Shown piece after piece: positions 27,510-49,358 of a stretch of DNA of 64,000 nucleotides. Each line of letters starts with the position of its first letter. Positions within the stretch are counted from its first letter, which is position 1. The notes below the pieces were generated by a model. The model worked only from the letters and a program-made list of their open reading frames with translations. It made no database searches and was not told the origin of the DNA. The stretch comes from Tubulanus polymorphus (Eukaryota; Animalia; Nemertea). The stretch covers positions 23,990,345-24,054,344 of the forward strand of contig NC_134028.1 in the NCBI RefSeq assembly GCF_964204645.1. Reading direction: 5' to 3'. The position numbers were made by a program, and so were the translations under genes.

Positions 27510-28542
27510 TGTTCTTTTGCTTGCAAACGACTTAAAGACAAGAAAAATTGAAGACTTCATCATTTTCAATTGGCTACGAATATTACAATCAATTCATTCA
27601 AATGCAAGGGTTCAGTCCAACATTTTTTTAACATAGCCGCCGGAGCGGAGTGGTAGCACACTCCAAAAGATTAAATTATCTTACTACTTCCACACTACTC
27701 CCAGTCTCACCTCCGTTCTTACCCTTTCAACGAGATGGGTTTGTAGGAGTTGAATCTGGTAAATTCAAGTTTAGATGTTTAGAAAACTCTAAGCGTAGTA
27801 CAAAGTTCCGTGAGCATGGCCTTTTTAAAAATCGACTGATGCGCCGCCTAGGGAGAGAAAAGAACATCTTAAAACTGATTACTGATAAAAAAAAGTTGAC
27901 AAAACAACCATCGCAGCCATGTTTTAAATTTTAGCTTTTCTTTTGTATTAAACAGATTTCTATTAATTAATTCGGCAACCAACCTTGAAATTAATTAGTC
28001 CGACCAGGTGTCCGCCAACTGGAAAACTCGGAAATAGCCCATAACAACTGGCGTTGGCATGCCAAGTTAACACTTCATCTTTTGTTTTATATCATAACAG
28101 TTTGCAACTACTACTCAGCCTATTTAATTTAGGGTAATTAATACCATGCGCTAATTAGTCCGGCCAGGTGTCCGGGCCAACCAATTTACTCAACTACTCA
28201 CTAATCAAAAATAGTACACCAAACAATCTCCATTTTACAATAATTAAGCGCAAACTTTCTATCAGTTTGACAAAAATAATTAATACATTTTCATATCTGT
28301 GTCGGAGTAGGCTATTTTTAACTCGATAATATAGTTGAATTCCCGATCAAGTTCAATAGATTCCGAGAACAAGGAAAGTCTGAGCACAGGGTAGTATCCA
28401 TACGCGTCAGTCCTTCCGCCATATTGTCGAGAAACACCTGAGTCGACATCAACGAGACAACCCTGAAATAAACGAAGAAATACCGACGAAAGAACTCGTT
28501 AACAGCAATAAATTACACTTAAACGAAACGAAGAACAACATC

Positions 28543-37665
<9,123 letters not shown>

Positions 37666-40600
37666 TTCTTCATCAACGCGCTCGTCACTCATTTGTAAAT
37701 ATATGATGTTTCGTTATTATTATTGTACAGTTTTACTTTTCCCATTCGGGTTAATGACGATAAGACACTTCGTGTATTATATTTTTCATGTAATATTATA
37801 ATCGGCAGTGACATAAATCCTCTATTATTTAAACCGCCGACTGGTCCAATCCGATGTTGAATGTATCGTTGATGGGCTCGTCTGTCGGTGTTTTTATCAA
37901 CTATTGCTGTGGTCGCTTACTGAGAATCATCGGTCACATGTTCTGACGCTATTATTCTCTATTTTCAGCTTTAAAAGTCGCCCGATGAACGGCGGCAACC
38001 CTAAATATTCCAACGGCAATTCGTACGGAAATTCCGCGTATAAAAAGCCATATCAGATGAACGGATCACAAAGTTACTCGGGGTGGTAACGAACGCACAG
38101 ACGGTTTCAGTCGGCGAAAAACGGCTGTCATTTGAAAAACTAACTTATCAACTTCGGCGTCTGTGCTCCATTTAAAGCCAAATAAACAATACGATCTTAT
38201 TACTAGGTATTTTGGAAGAATAGAGATCTATTTGGATTACAGAAACGGGCGCGAGTTGTGCCTGCTTAGAAAAAAAAAACAACCAAAAAAAACTATATTC
38301 GAGTGGCCGCAGCATTGTTTGATAAATACGTGGTGTTTGGTCGAAAACTTTTTCTTGTAAATTCCGTACAGAAATTGCTTGAACACGAAATCGTAACGAT
38401 CCCCAGTGAGTGAAAGATAAACTATTGTTAAGTGTTAAATCTAGGGAAAAAAAAACTGCGCTGTTAGTTTCGCTGTTCAGATCTCGGATCCCCCCTCTGT
38501 CACTGCCTGCATTTTATTATCGAGATGTATCTAGGGGCCATTATTCAGTAATAAGACTATGTAGTAGAGACTTGAATCCCTTGCTGCGTGTTGTATGTAC
38601 GTGTGTGTTATAAGGGTTATTTTAAAGCTAGAACTATGCGTCGAAATCGAGCCGAAAGCTACTATTGATAAGAAATACAACGACGTCGTCGGCTTACAAC
38701 TAATATTCGGAATCTGTCTTGAAAGAATTGTTTGTAATTTTGTACTGATAACTTAAAAAAGAAAACGGAATAATATTATTAAGTTTGTAAAGAAGTAACA
38801 GGGTGAATTGTGCTGGTAAAATTTTCGGTAAACTTTGTTTTAATCACTCTTTATTATTGTAAGCGATTCCATCTGCTCTTAATATCGTAAATAAATGTAC
38901 TGTAAATTTTATATATTTTGTTTGGCTTTTAATTGGGGTTTTATGCTTTTGAGAGGTTAGACAAGACTTTCACTTCACTCGGTATTCCATGAGATGACGT
39001 CACTCACTCCTGCTACTCCGGTACGCCATGTTCCTGCTGGTCGGATACACGTGCGTGTGATTGCTGCTCATTATCTTGGATTTTGTTCCGTGTTTTTTCG
39101 CTCGTGTGACGTTTTGGATTAGTTATATCGTTATCTTGACTTCGTGGACTTATGTACTACGCAATTAAAAGTTTGAGTCGGGAGGCAACTGATGACTGAC
39201 TGGCTTCGATGTACATGCGCTAGTACGGTACATGGCTGACCCTGGCTGAGGGAGAAATTTATTGGTCCTGTAGTTGAGGCAAATGTAAGCCACTGTTTCA
39301 TGAGTGTATTGATTATTAAATTCAATGAACCCTGATACAAATTCAATCTTTGGAAACTAATTCTATAGAAAAATTAAATTGCAAGTTGAGTAGTTGCAGT
39401 GCTTCAGTCAAGTTCGGTTAATCCGTATCACTAGTTACCAGGTTACTGAGCTTTTTAAGTACGGATTAAGTGATATACGGATAACAGATAACTCGTAATT
39501 GATACGATTTAACTATTACCCGTATAGACTATATGAATTGAGGTTCACAATCCGTATTAGCTGCTCAAACCGTGGACGACTACTACGTCTACAGTAGAAC
39601 CACGTTCTAAAAAATGTATAGTATTCGATTGTTCATAGATCCATTTGATATCATTTATACATGAAGAGAAAACACCCCCGTGTGATGAAACACAAACAAA
39701 CCAACTGGTTTCAGTAGAGTAGGACTATTTGAAGCCCCAACTCACAGGATTTTCTGAGAAACAACTCAGGATTTCTTAAGAATTGGAAGTTATGCGTATT
39801 AAATTGAGCCAACATGCACAGAAAGATCGATTGTTGTTGTATCATGGTAAGTTTGAAAAACGGATGAAACATGAATTGAAAAGTCAATCCAGGTTTAATT
39901 GTTAGTATATGTACATCGGTTAAATTTCAGAAAGTAACCTCGATCGCGAATCAAATAGATTATCGAATCCAGCATTATTTAACCTTTAATATTTGCTTTC
40001 ACCCTAACCCTATCACTTAACCTCTGTGTACTAATGGATCTGTTTGTATTTTTGATTTATCTGTATGGTGCGGCCCTTGTCATCGAATCCGGCTTGTTTT
40101 CGAAGGATACGCCGCCAAATATTGATGAATTTTAAAGACAGTTTACTTTATTTTTCGGGAATGTCGTCATCTGTCGGATTTTCACCGAACTAAAATCAGA
40201 ATAGATCTTTTGAGTACATCGCGATAGAATAGAATAAAGGGTCCAGTTTCATGAAAAAGTTAACCTCAAATGTTTGGTATTATTGCAATTGTTTACTTCA
40301 TTTTTCCATTGTGTTCAACAATTCGAACTTAACCAAACTTAACCGTTACTAGAACTGGGTCCAGGGCTACCCTAGGTTCGAATCTAATTGTTATTGTTAC
40401 CGATTCTGAGTTTCTACATGCCGAAAAGAGGATGAACATGGAATCTATCTGAATTCCTTACCTGTAATACTGGGTTCATCTCTATCAGTTAAATGTTGCT
40501 TATCACTTGCGGACAGGGTGTGACCATCCAATATTCATTGTCATGAATTCGTAAATTCTATAAGCGAACGAATTTCTGATCGCTGCTTTAGATGTTTTAA

Positions 40601-41744
40601 ATCAACATTGTTAAGGTCAGCGAACCAATTTATACATATGTACTGTTTTAGCATCAAGTCTGAAAAGCCCGGTGGCGGACCCAGGGGGCTTGTGGACTTG
40701 TTCTAGTCCATTAAATTTTTGAGTGTCCCTATTCTATTTCGTCAACAAAGACAATTGGTGCATTCTAGCAGTAGTGCGCCTATAATATTTGTCTTTGTGG
40801 AACATCATAGCGAAAATTAATTTCTATGACCGCATCGTTAGAATTACTAACGGTTTTTTTTCGAGGTGTCGACGATGATTGTTTCTATGCGTCTTTCGTT
40901 CTTCCAGGTCTGGTTGCGCGATATGCCGTAAAGAATTGTATCGACTTTTTTGTAACGCGTTTAATTTCATTGAAATGAATACATGATTTTTTTCTCTTCT
41001 CGTTTATTATCTATCGTTGTTTACTCGCGGGCTTCAGTCGTAATGTGCCACGTGGTTGTTCGTGTCTTAATGTCGACGTGTTGTGTGAAAAATCAGTTCA
41101 GGTATCGCGTCGAATGATTCCTCGCCTTAAAAAAGAAGTTGACTCGAAGCGAAGGGCATGATTTACGGAATCATGGACGGCCATGCCAGTTGCTTGTTGT
41201 TACAATCGCTGTTGATATGAAAATGAGTAGTTGTCAATCGTCAAAGATGCAATTTGGGGAGCTTTATGGAAGTTGGAGAATGGCGGTGCAAGAATCGAAA
41301 GATGCGAAATGGGTTCTTCCAAATCGAGGGATATTTCGTATCGTGACAGGAACAAATAAATAGGAGAAAATAAGGCGGAATATATGAATAAGGATATTTC
41401 TGGATTTTGTGCTGAAGACGCAGTAAAGTAAAATGCCATTTGAAGCCTTATAGCGCTGTCTTGTGATAGGAAAATATACCGTGAATAATGGATATTATAC
41501 GAGTATACAGTCTATTGTATATAGAATCTGGTTTTGACGGATAACTAACGGACAGAGTAACTCGTTACATTAGACACCCCCTGTTTTCAGATCGATTTCT
41601 AGCCATCTGTGTGACCGCTTCTGGCTGTCACCATTCGCAAATCCTTGATTATATTCAAACATCAAATTAAAGCTTGCAGCTCTGTCAACACAGATTGGTG
41701 AACGATTTTGAAATAACATTTACGCTTTTAAAACTCCGACCTCG

Positions 41745-42953
41745 ATGGACAGAACGGGTTCAAACGAACACGTTGTATTAACTCAAAGGATTGTTAGTTT
41801 CGGTACTGGTAATTTGAATATGTTTAAATATCATCATTTACTGGTGGGAATATTGTTGTTCTGTATCGTAATGGACATCTACTTTATGCGGCAATGTTCA
41901 CCTTCGAAACTAAGCAGGAAATTCATCTCTAAAAACCGTGACGAAGCAACCAGCGACATATTGACGACGGAAAAATCAGCATCTTCAAACGAGACAACGA
42001 CGGAGAATGAGCGGCCTATGTCGACAGTTCCTTCGGTAATTACGAAACAGCAGCCCAACATATTTTCCGTCGAAAATATGACCGAAAAGGAATACTACAA
42101 ACTGAATGCAGCGATTGTTAATCCTCATGACTTCAACTATCGCATTCAGACGCCGATTTGTAATTCGAATAATCCTCCTTATTTACTGATATTCGTTTTT
42201 TCACGGCCTGCGGCAAGAGATGTCAGGGATTCCATACGCAAAACCTGGGGCAGTGTAGCTACGGGTCAACCGAATCGGTGGCCAAACAATAGAACTATTA
42301 GCAAAACCGTAAGTTTGTTTTTTCTACTGGGAATCACCGATGATAAAGAATACGAAACTCAACTTCGTTCGGAAAGTGCTCAATATAACGACTTAATTCA
42401 AGAGGATTTTTATGATAGTTACGTGAATCTAACATTGAAGTCAATAATGGCGTTGAAATTGGCTCGGAACTGTTCGGGTGCTCGATTTCTGATGAAATGC
42501 GATGACGATATGTTTGTCAATATTCACGACCTCGTGAAGTACTTAGAAACGAAGGAAAAACAGTTGAATAATTCGATAGTGGGTCATATTCTATCCGGGG
42601 GACCCGTGATGAGAATTGGAAAATGGGCCGTTCCAAAGTCGAGCTTTCCGTTTTCTAAGTACCCCCGGTACGTGTCCGGAAACGCTTACGTTATGTCACT
42701 AGAGGTCGCTAGTATTTTGTATGACGTATCCCTCCACGTGGCCATATTTAACATCGAAGACGCGTACATTACTGGCGTTTGTGCTAAGATTGCTAAAATT
42801 CAATTAGTTTTCAATAAGGGATTTACAAACATTGGCGGCACCAGGGCGACAAAATGTGAGATCGTCAACGGCACCAAAATTACTGCTACTAGATACAAAC
42901 CACGTGATCTTATGCAAATATGGAAAGCTTTGTTGAGTAGCTATAAATGTTGA
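41745..42953 (+). CDS. GT31 family beta-1,3-galactosyltransferase-like, single coding exon; start may be 41820
   Basis: Type II TM anchor plus Ser/Thr-rich stem; RDSIRKTW, DFYDSYVNLTLK, KCDDDMFVN (DxD), YPRYVSGNAY, IEDAYITG. Confidence 0.9.
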   Translation: MDRTGSNEHVVLTQRIVSFGTGNLNMFKYHHLLVGILLFCIVMDIYFMRQCSPSKLSRKFISKNRDEATSDILTTEKSASSNETTTENERPMSTVPSVITKQQPNIFSVENMTEKEYYKLNAAIVNPHDFNYRIQTPICNSNNPPYLLIFVFSRPAARDVRDSIRKTWGSVATGQPNRWPNNRTISKTVSLFFLLGITDDKEYETQLRSESAQYNDLIQEDFYDSYVNLTLKSIMALKLARNCSGARFLMKCDDDMFVNIHDLVKYLETKEKQLNNSIVGHILSGGPVMRIGKWAVPKSSFPFSKYPRYVSGNAYVMSLEVASILYDVSLHVAIFNIEDAYITGVCAKIAKIQLVFNKGFTNIGGTRATKCEIVNGTKITATRYKPRDLMQIWKALLSSYKC

Positions 42954-44107
42954 AATGGACAAAAACATTCGATATCACGAGATACGTCAACCCGTTAACC
43001 GTTAAAAACGAAAAATATGTTTCAAAATCGGACGTTCAATTTAAATTTCAATTTATTCATCATAAATCCAAAGTATAAGATTGTGAATGAAGAAAAACAA
43101 CAATAACAACAAACAGACAAAAAACAAAAAGGATGTGCAATAAAAGAAAAACAATAAAAGGAGAGAGAGAAGTAATACAATGTCTAATATATACATACAA
43201 TATTATTTTTTTTTAAATTATGAGTGGTAAGCATGAAGTTTTTGGCAGAATTTCAGAGGATCGGTGCTCCAAGTAATTAAAAATGCCTCATATATCTCCC
43301 CTCAACTGAATCGAGGAGTTTTTTTTAATGAAAATCTGTCTATTGACGGGATTCTGTGATAACAGTATGAATGATGAATAATCGTGAATACATGGTATTA
43401 GTGGGTTTTCCCCCAATGACTCAAATAGACCGCTTTCCTCGTGCATGTGAGGTAGTTATCTCGGGGTGCATGAACTGTCCGTGACTAATTAACTAATTTC
43501 ATTAGTAAATGTTTACGCGGTTTCTATGATAGGAAGACCTGTGTTGGTGTGAATCTTTAACTGGAAGTGCTATCGGTCGGTATAATTTATAAATTATTCT
43601 AGAATTTAAGAAAAAAAACAGGCGGATGCTTATAAATTCGGAAGTAGCTGTTGGGAATCAAGTAATTTATTTCATGGCCTTATTAAAGTTCCTCCACTAT
43701 ATTGTTCAGCTGACTACTGGCGCGTATTCAACCCGGCGGTGGAACCTCATAATGTAAATCCATTCAACAATAGAGACACAATTGCGGGTTTTCAGAGTTG
43801 TTGATATCATTCTGACACACGCTATTGAATACGTCACCGGCTGACCACGGTGTACACAAGCATAGACCATTCACCTCAGCTTACTCACACTGTGAACATG
43901 CTACCGTGGATTCTCCTCCTGGCGATTTTCGCTGCGCTCCCGCTCCTGCTCCTGTTCCTGCTTCCTGAGGAACGACGTCTTTATGTTTTATGTGTTACTG
44001 TTTGTCTCTGTGCTGTCCTGTACTGTTCCGTGTTAATTAATCCGTTCTATTTTTCAGCAATTAACCCGTTTTGTTTTTCAGGGCCGATTTCTCTGTCGAA
44101 TTTCAAC

Positions 44108-44290
44108 GTTTGCTGGAACAAAACTAATGTCCGAAAGCGTCAGCTCTCCTTCGCCGGTCATGTGTCGAGGATGTCAGACAAAGAGTCGGTCAGGAAATTC
44201 TGCCCTCTACACGCCCTCATACGGAACACGAAAACTAGGATGGCGAGGCCTCACTGCCCCCACCTATCTACAAAGTGTGCTGAGTGATGT
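44108..44290 (+). mobile_element. Degenerate 3' fragment of a non-LTR retrotransposon ORF2 (RTE-like)
   Basis: VRKRQLSFAGHVSRMSDKESVRK, then after a frameshift ALYTPSYGTRKLG, matching the RTE-clade C-terminal pattern R.R.L.xAGHV.RM...P..G.R..G. Confidence 0.6.
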
Positions 44291-44364
44291 CAATGACGGG
44301 CATATCTGTGGGATTGCGCGGGATACAAATGGAGTTGTTATACTGGATTGTCACGCTACTAGCA

Positions 44365-44625
44365 TTCATTGGTCCTTGTGACCGCCCGGATGAGGGATGA
44401 TTCTACTGTCACGCTCTTTGTTTCTGGTATTCTGAGTCGGCTGAGGGATGATTCTACTGTCACGCTCTTTGATTTCTAGTTTGAGTGCTAGTTTTCATTG
44501 TGTCCTTGTGACAACCCCGGTCAGTGGATGAAGTCTCTCGTCGGCTCGTGAGTGCTAGTTTCATTGTGTCCTTGTGACAACCTCGGTCAGTGGATGAAGT
44601 CTCTTGTCACGCTTTTGGGTGCTAG
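44365..44625. repeat. Degenerate ~55-60-bp tandem duplications
   Basis: GAGGGATGATTCTACTGTCACGCTCTTTG x2 and GTGCTAGTTT(T)CATTGTGTCCTTGTGACAACC.CGGTCAGTGGATGAAGTCTCT x2. Confidence 0.75.
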
Positions 44626-45483
44626 TTGAGATCCTGAATCTCACCCGGTCAAGCTGGTTGTACTGCACTATTTGTGTTTCGTGCAATTTTACAGATGTGT
44701 CAGTTACTGACGTCGCCCAGTACATCCTGCAGTTAGATGGGGAATGTGAGGCGTCGTCATCCTGGTTTTCGCGTTCTGTGTGAGGGCGTGTAGAGGGCAG
44801 TATATTCCTGGCTGGCTCATTGTCTGGTGTTCTGGGCATGTGACCGGCGACGGAGAGCTGAAAAGCTTTCGAACATTAGTTTTGTTCCGTACCAGGTTTT
44901 CATCGCTCTTCTCTTTTTTTCATTTCAGGACTCCCAAGATGAAGAAGAAGATGCTGAAGGCGACTACAGAAGATGGCGAAAAAAGAACACAGATCTCAGC
45001 AATATTGAACGTTAAGTTGATACACATGTAAATTACGATGGATGATACAGAAAGGATTGTGTAACTACAGAATATCATTCTTTTGCTCATTTCAGCTAAA
45101 CGTAATCTGGAAAGGCCCAGCTTGATATCAACCTAAAATCTACCCACCAGAAGTGACCACAAAATACTCCACCTTGAATAAACCAACCACCGAAAGACCT
45201 GCCGCAACCGAACCTGGCAGTCTTGACCTCATTCTGCATAAGCAACAGGAATGCATACAATCCGGGACATAAAGCTAAGTTGATTTTTCATACCTGGAGC
45301 AAAATGCATAGGCACTGGAAAGGATAGAGACGCTGGTCAAGCTCGGCATCTCCGCACTACTTTATTGAGGCTCTGTGGCTGGTATATTGTTGATAGTAAA
45401 ATGAAATATAACTAGGGCAATGATTGCTTAAATATTTACACTATTAGACGAAATCAATGAGTGAGGTCCCTTAAAATAAAGGC

Positions 45484-45486
<3 letters not shown>

Positions 45487-45516
<30 letters not shown>
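45487..45516. repeat. (TA)n microsatellite
   Basis: About 15 uninterrupted TA units. Confidence 0.9.
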
Positions 45517-45520
<4 letters not shown>

Positions 45521-46849
45521 TAAGATAAATTCATTATCTTATGTGACATTTGAAATTTTTCGAATGTACCGTAGATATTTCAGGCCTCATATGACTATTG
45601 TTTAACTGACAATCAAGATATAGAGATAGGACAATTTACTAATCAACCAATCGCTTAGATATTAGCAATCATTCAATATCTTATGATGTTTGATGAGAAA
45701 TTTTTCTGGTGTAGATATTTTAGGGCCCCGTATACATTTAGGCTGGCTTTACTTGTAAAGATATATATCAATAAAACTTTTTCGTCGGTTAATAGATTTT
45801 TTTACAAATAGTATATTGATACATTTATAAACATTCAGGCACTTTACAGTATATATAATGTACTGCTTTACCCGTTAATGAATTTCTCCGCAGAAAGATG
45901 TATAAAATAGTGTCTAGGGCTCTATCGAGATCTGGTGTAATATGGGGAAAACTATGGACTGTGGATCTTTTAGAAACTATGATTACGTCCCAGCACTTTG
46001 ACAAATCTAGAATGAAACAAAGCTTTAATTGATTCAAATCATTCCCCAGAGCCATACTCTGTGCCTTGTTTTGCGCTATGATTATTGATTAACTGAAAAT
46101 TATCATATATATAGCTAGGACAAATTGCTCATTAACAAATGACTTAGATATCCATAATTAAGATTCCACAATCAATTTTTCATGTAAGATCAAAAACTAG
46201 AAAACATCTCTAAGTTTAAGGGTAGAAAACATCTCTTAAGTTTATTAACTGACGATGAAGTAAATTTGATAATACGAACATGGTTTAGCTGACAATCGAA
46301 ATATATATAGGCCAATATTACTAGCAGGTTTGCACTGTATGATGGGCCTGGGTTTCAATAAAAGACACATCAAGAATTTCAAGAAGATAGAAGAGAAAAC
46401 AGTTCAAAAACTATTTGATAAGATTGATTATGCATTACTAAATTTGTTGTAACTTTGGTATTCCTAGAGATGACTATAGATGCTTTAGTTGAATTTTTGT
46501 TAAACTATAATAATCAACCATTGCTTAGATATTTAGAATATAGATGAATTACTATATGAGTTGAATTTCATAAATATCATTTAAGACTATTATTAAAATC
46601 TACGTATCGATCCACATTGCTGATCTTATATATGAATTGACATGATAATTATAATCAGTTATATGATATATTCGAAAGGATTTTCTGCTCAAAAGGTTCT
46701 GCTCTTTTCTTCAGCTTGCCGTTTCAGACTGATTGGAAGATAGTTTGAATGAACTGGAATCGAATTTCCCAATTATGTACTTCGATTTCGGACATACTCG
46801 AGATAAAAATTAGACAAATTTAAACGGTGAAAATGACAAAAAAATTAAA

Positions 46850-47376
46850 GTTAGACAAAATTCTCCCACCTTGTAAACTTTCGGACTAGTAACATGAAAA
46901 AAAGACCAAATATTGTAAAATATAGTTATTTCCAAAATCTCGATGTTTTAAATTAGGCAGAAAAAATAGATAAAATTTTCCCACCTTGTAAACTTTCGGA
47001 CTAGTTACATGAAGAAAAGACCAAATATTGTAAAATATAGTTATTTCCAAAATCTCGATGTATTTAATTAGGCAGAAAAAAAATAGATAAAATTATTCAA
47101 CCTTGTAAACTTTCGGACTAGTTACATGAAAAAAAGACCAAATATTGTAAAATATAGTTATTTCCAAAATCTCGATGTATTAAATTAGGCAGAAAAAAAA
47201 TAGATAAAATTATTCAACCTTGTAAACTTTCGGACTAGTTACATGAAAAAAGACCAAATATTGTAAAATATAGTTATTTCCAAAATCTCGATGTATTAAA
47301 TTAGGCAGAAAAAAATAGATAAAATTATTCAACCTTGTAAACTTTCGGACTAGTTACATGAAAAAAGACCAAATAT
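46850..47376. repeat. ~120-bp tandem repeat, about 4.4 copies
   Basis: CCTTGTAAACTTTCGGACTAGT recurs at ~46869, 46985, 47101, 47218 and 47333. Confidence 0.92.
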
Positions 47377-48007
47377 GCTTTTATCTTAAGTTCTGATGAA
47401 TTCAAATAGTGATGAATTCAACTGACAATTAAAATGAAGCTAGTATGATTACTAATTAACGGATTGCTTTAGATTTCTAGAAGATTAATTAAATCAATTT
47501 AATATAATGAATATATAGCGCAGTGGATGAGATGACTGTATCGTGCAATGTCGTCTGCGTCTAACTGGGCCACATGTGTGTGGGATCTGTTGAATCAGTT
47601 AGGTTTTGGGGAATTCTGGGTTCGTCAAACTAGATATCGAAAGCTCTGATGCAAAATTAGCAGTTTGAAATAGTGATCAATCCGAATTTGTACCGGATCT
47701 AAAATTCTTCTCATGTAGAAATTTCAAGCCCTGCATAAAATATTTTCCGAGATAATTTAAATCATAGAGGACATAAGTTGACTGATTAGGTATCTACGAT
47801 GAAGATTAATTCAGTATCTTCATCTCAAAAGTGCTCAAATCCAAACCATAGGGGTTGATTAGACAATTGTATAATTTATATTGGTTGATATCGAAAGAAT
47901 ACAGGAAGTGTAACTCTGGCTCTTGTGCGAAGGATTTATTGAATCTTTAAAAAGACTTTGCTGAATTCTGGATTTATCAAGGTGTGGGAATGATTCAAAG
48001 TTTCTTA

Positions 48008-48388
48008 TGTCTAAATCTCGATGAGTTGAAATAGGCAGAAAAAAAGTTAACCTTGTATAGATATCCAAAATCTAGATGTATTCATATAGGCAGAAAAAAA
48101 GTTAACCTTGTAATATAGATATCCAAAATCTAGATGTTTTGAAATAGGCAGAAAAAAATATACCTTGTAATATAGATATCCAAAATCTAGATTTATTAAA
48201 ATAGGCATAAAAAAATTAACCTTGTAATATAGATATCCAAAATCCAGATGTATTAAGAAAGGCAGAAAAAAAAGTAAACCTTGTAATATAGATATCCAAA
48301 ATCTCGAATTTTTGAAATAGGCAGAAAAAAAATTAACCTTGTAATAAAGATATTCAAATATATTTCGATACTAGAATAGGCAGAGAAA
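48008..48388. repeat. ~60-bp tandem repeat, about 6 copies, related to the 120-bp repeat
   Basis: Unit ATAGGCAGAAAAAAAGTTAACCTTGTAATATAGATATCCAAAATCTAGATGT. Confidence 0.9.
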
Positions 48389-49056
48389 TTTCCAATTATG
48401 TGCTTGGATTTAAAGAAAAAAATTCTGTAAACTCGACCGCCGATCACACAACTATATCTGTACTTCGATTTCCGATTTATAAAAAACGCCTGTTTCGCTC
48501 GCGGCAGGTGTGGTGGGTTTGAAAGGGACACCAACTCAAACGAGAGCTTGAGGTCGACAAATCGTCAGAAATCTGCCGATTAGAGAACAGCGCACAGAAG
48601 GGGCCGATACGAATGAAACTCAAGAACCAACCAACTTAGGAGATCCTCGCCGATAATGAACACAGCGATCATAGAAGGTACAACTTGAATTGAACTCATC
48701 AACTACCAACGAATTTAACTCATGAACCAACTAAGACAATCCTAGCCGATACTCAGCAATCTTGAAAAAAGGTAAGTTGATTCACATGGAAAATATTATT
48801 ATTATTGTTATATGAAATATTGTGTGAATACAAGATATTTTCTTTAACTCTTTTCAGCTGAATCACATCTAGAAAAAGCCCAACTAAGATCAACTAACCA
48901 TCTAGAATCTACTGATTAGAACAGTCAGCAGAATGAATCCAACTTGGATTTAACTGCTGAAGTCCAGATGAGAAATTCAGCCAGCATCGGTTTATCGCTC
49001 AATGATGGATTTCTTCTACAATTGGTGGAGCAGAGACATTGAGTGTCTTATTACAA

Positions 49057-49358
49057 TTATTCAGGAGCAGCACAGACGATGCGTATCTTATAAACACTTA
49101 TTCAGGAGCAGCACAGACAATGCGTGTCTTATAAACACTTAATTAGGAGCAGCACAGACAATGCGTGTCTTATAAACACTTATTCAGGAGCAGCACAGAC
49201 AATGCGTATCTTATAAACACTTATTCAGGAGCAGCATAGACAATGCGTGTCTTATAAACACTTATTCAGGAGCAGCACAGACAATGCGTATCTTATAAAC
49301 ACTTATTCAGGAGCAGCACAGACAATGCGTGTCTTATAAACACTTATTCAGGAGCAGC
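49057..49358. repeat. 41-bp minisatellite, about 7 copies
   Basis: Unit TTATTCAGGAGCAGCACAGACAATGCGT(G/A)TCTTATAAACAC. Confidence 0.95.

Noticed and set aside
43850-44100. 145-aa ORF with a hydrophobic N-terminus
   Set aside because: Low-complexity pyrimidine-rich DNA fused in frame to the LINE fragment; no evidence for a real gene.
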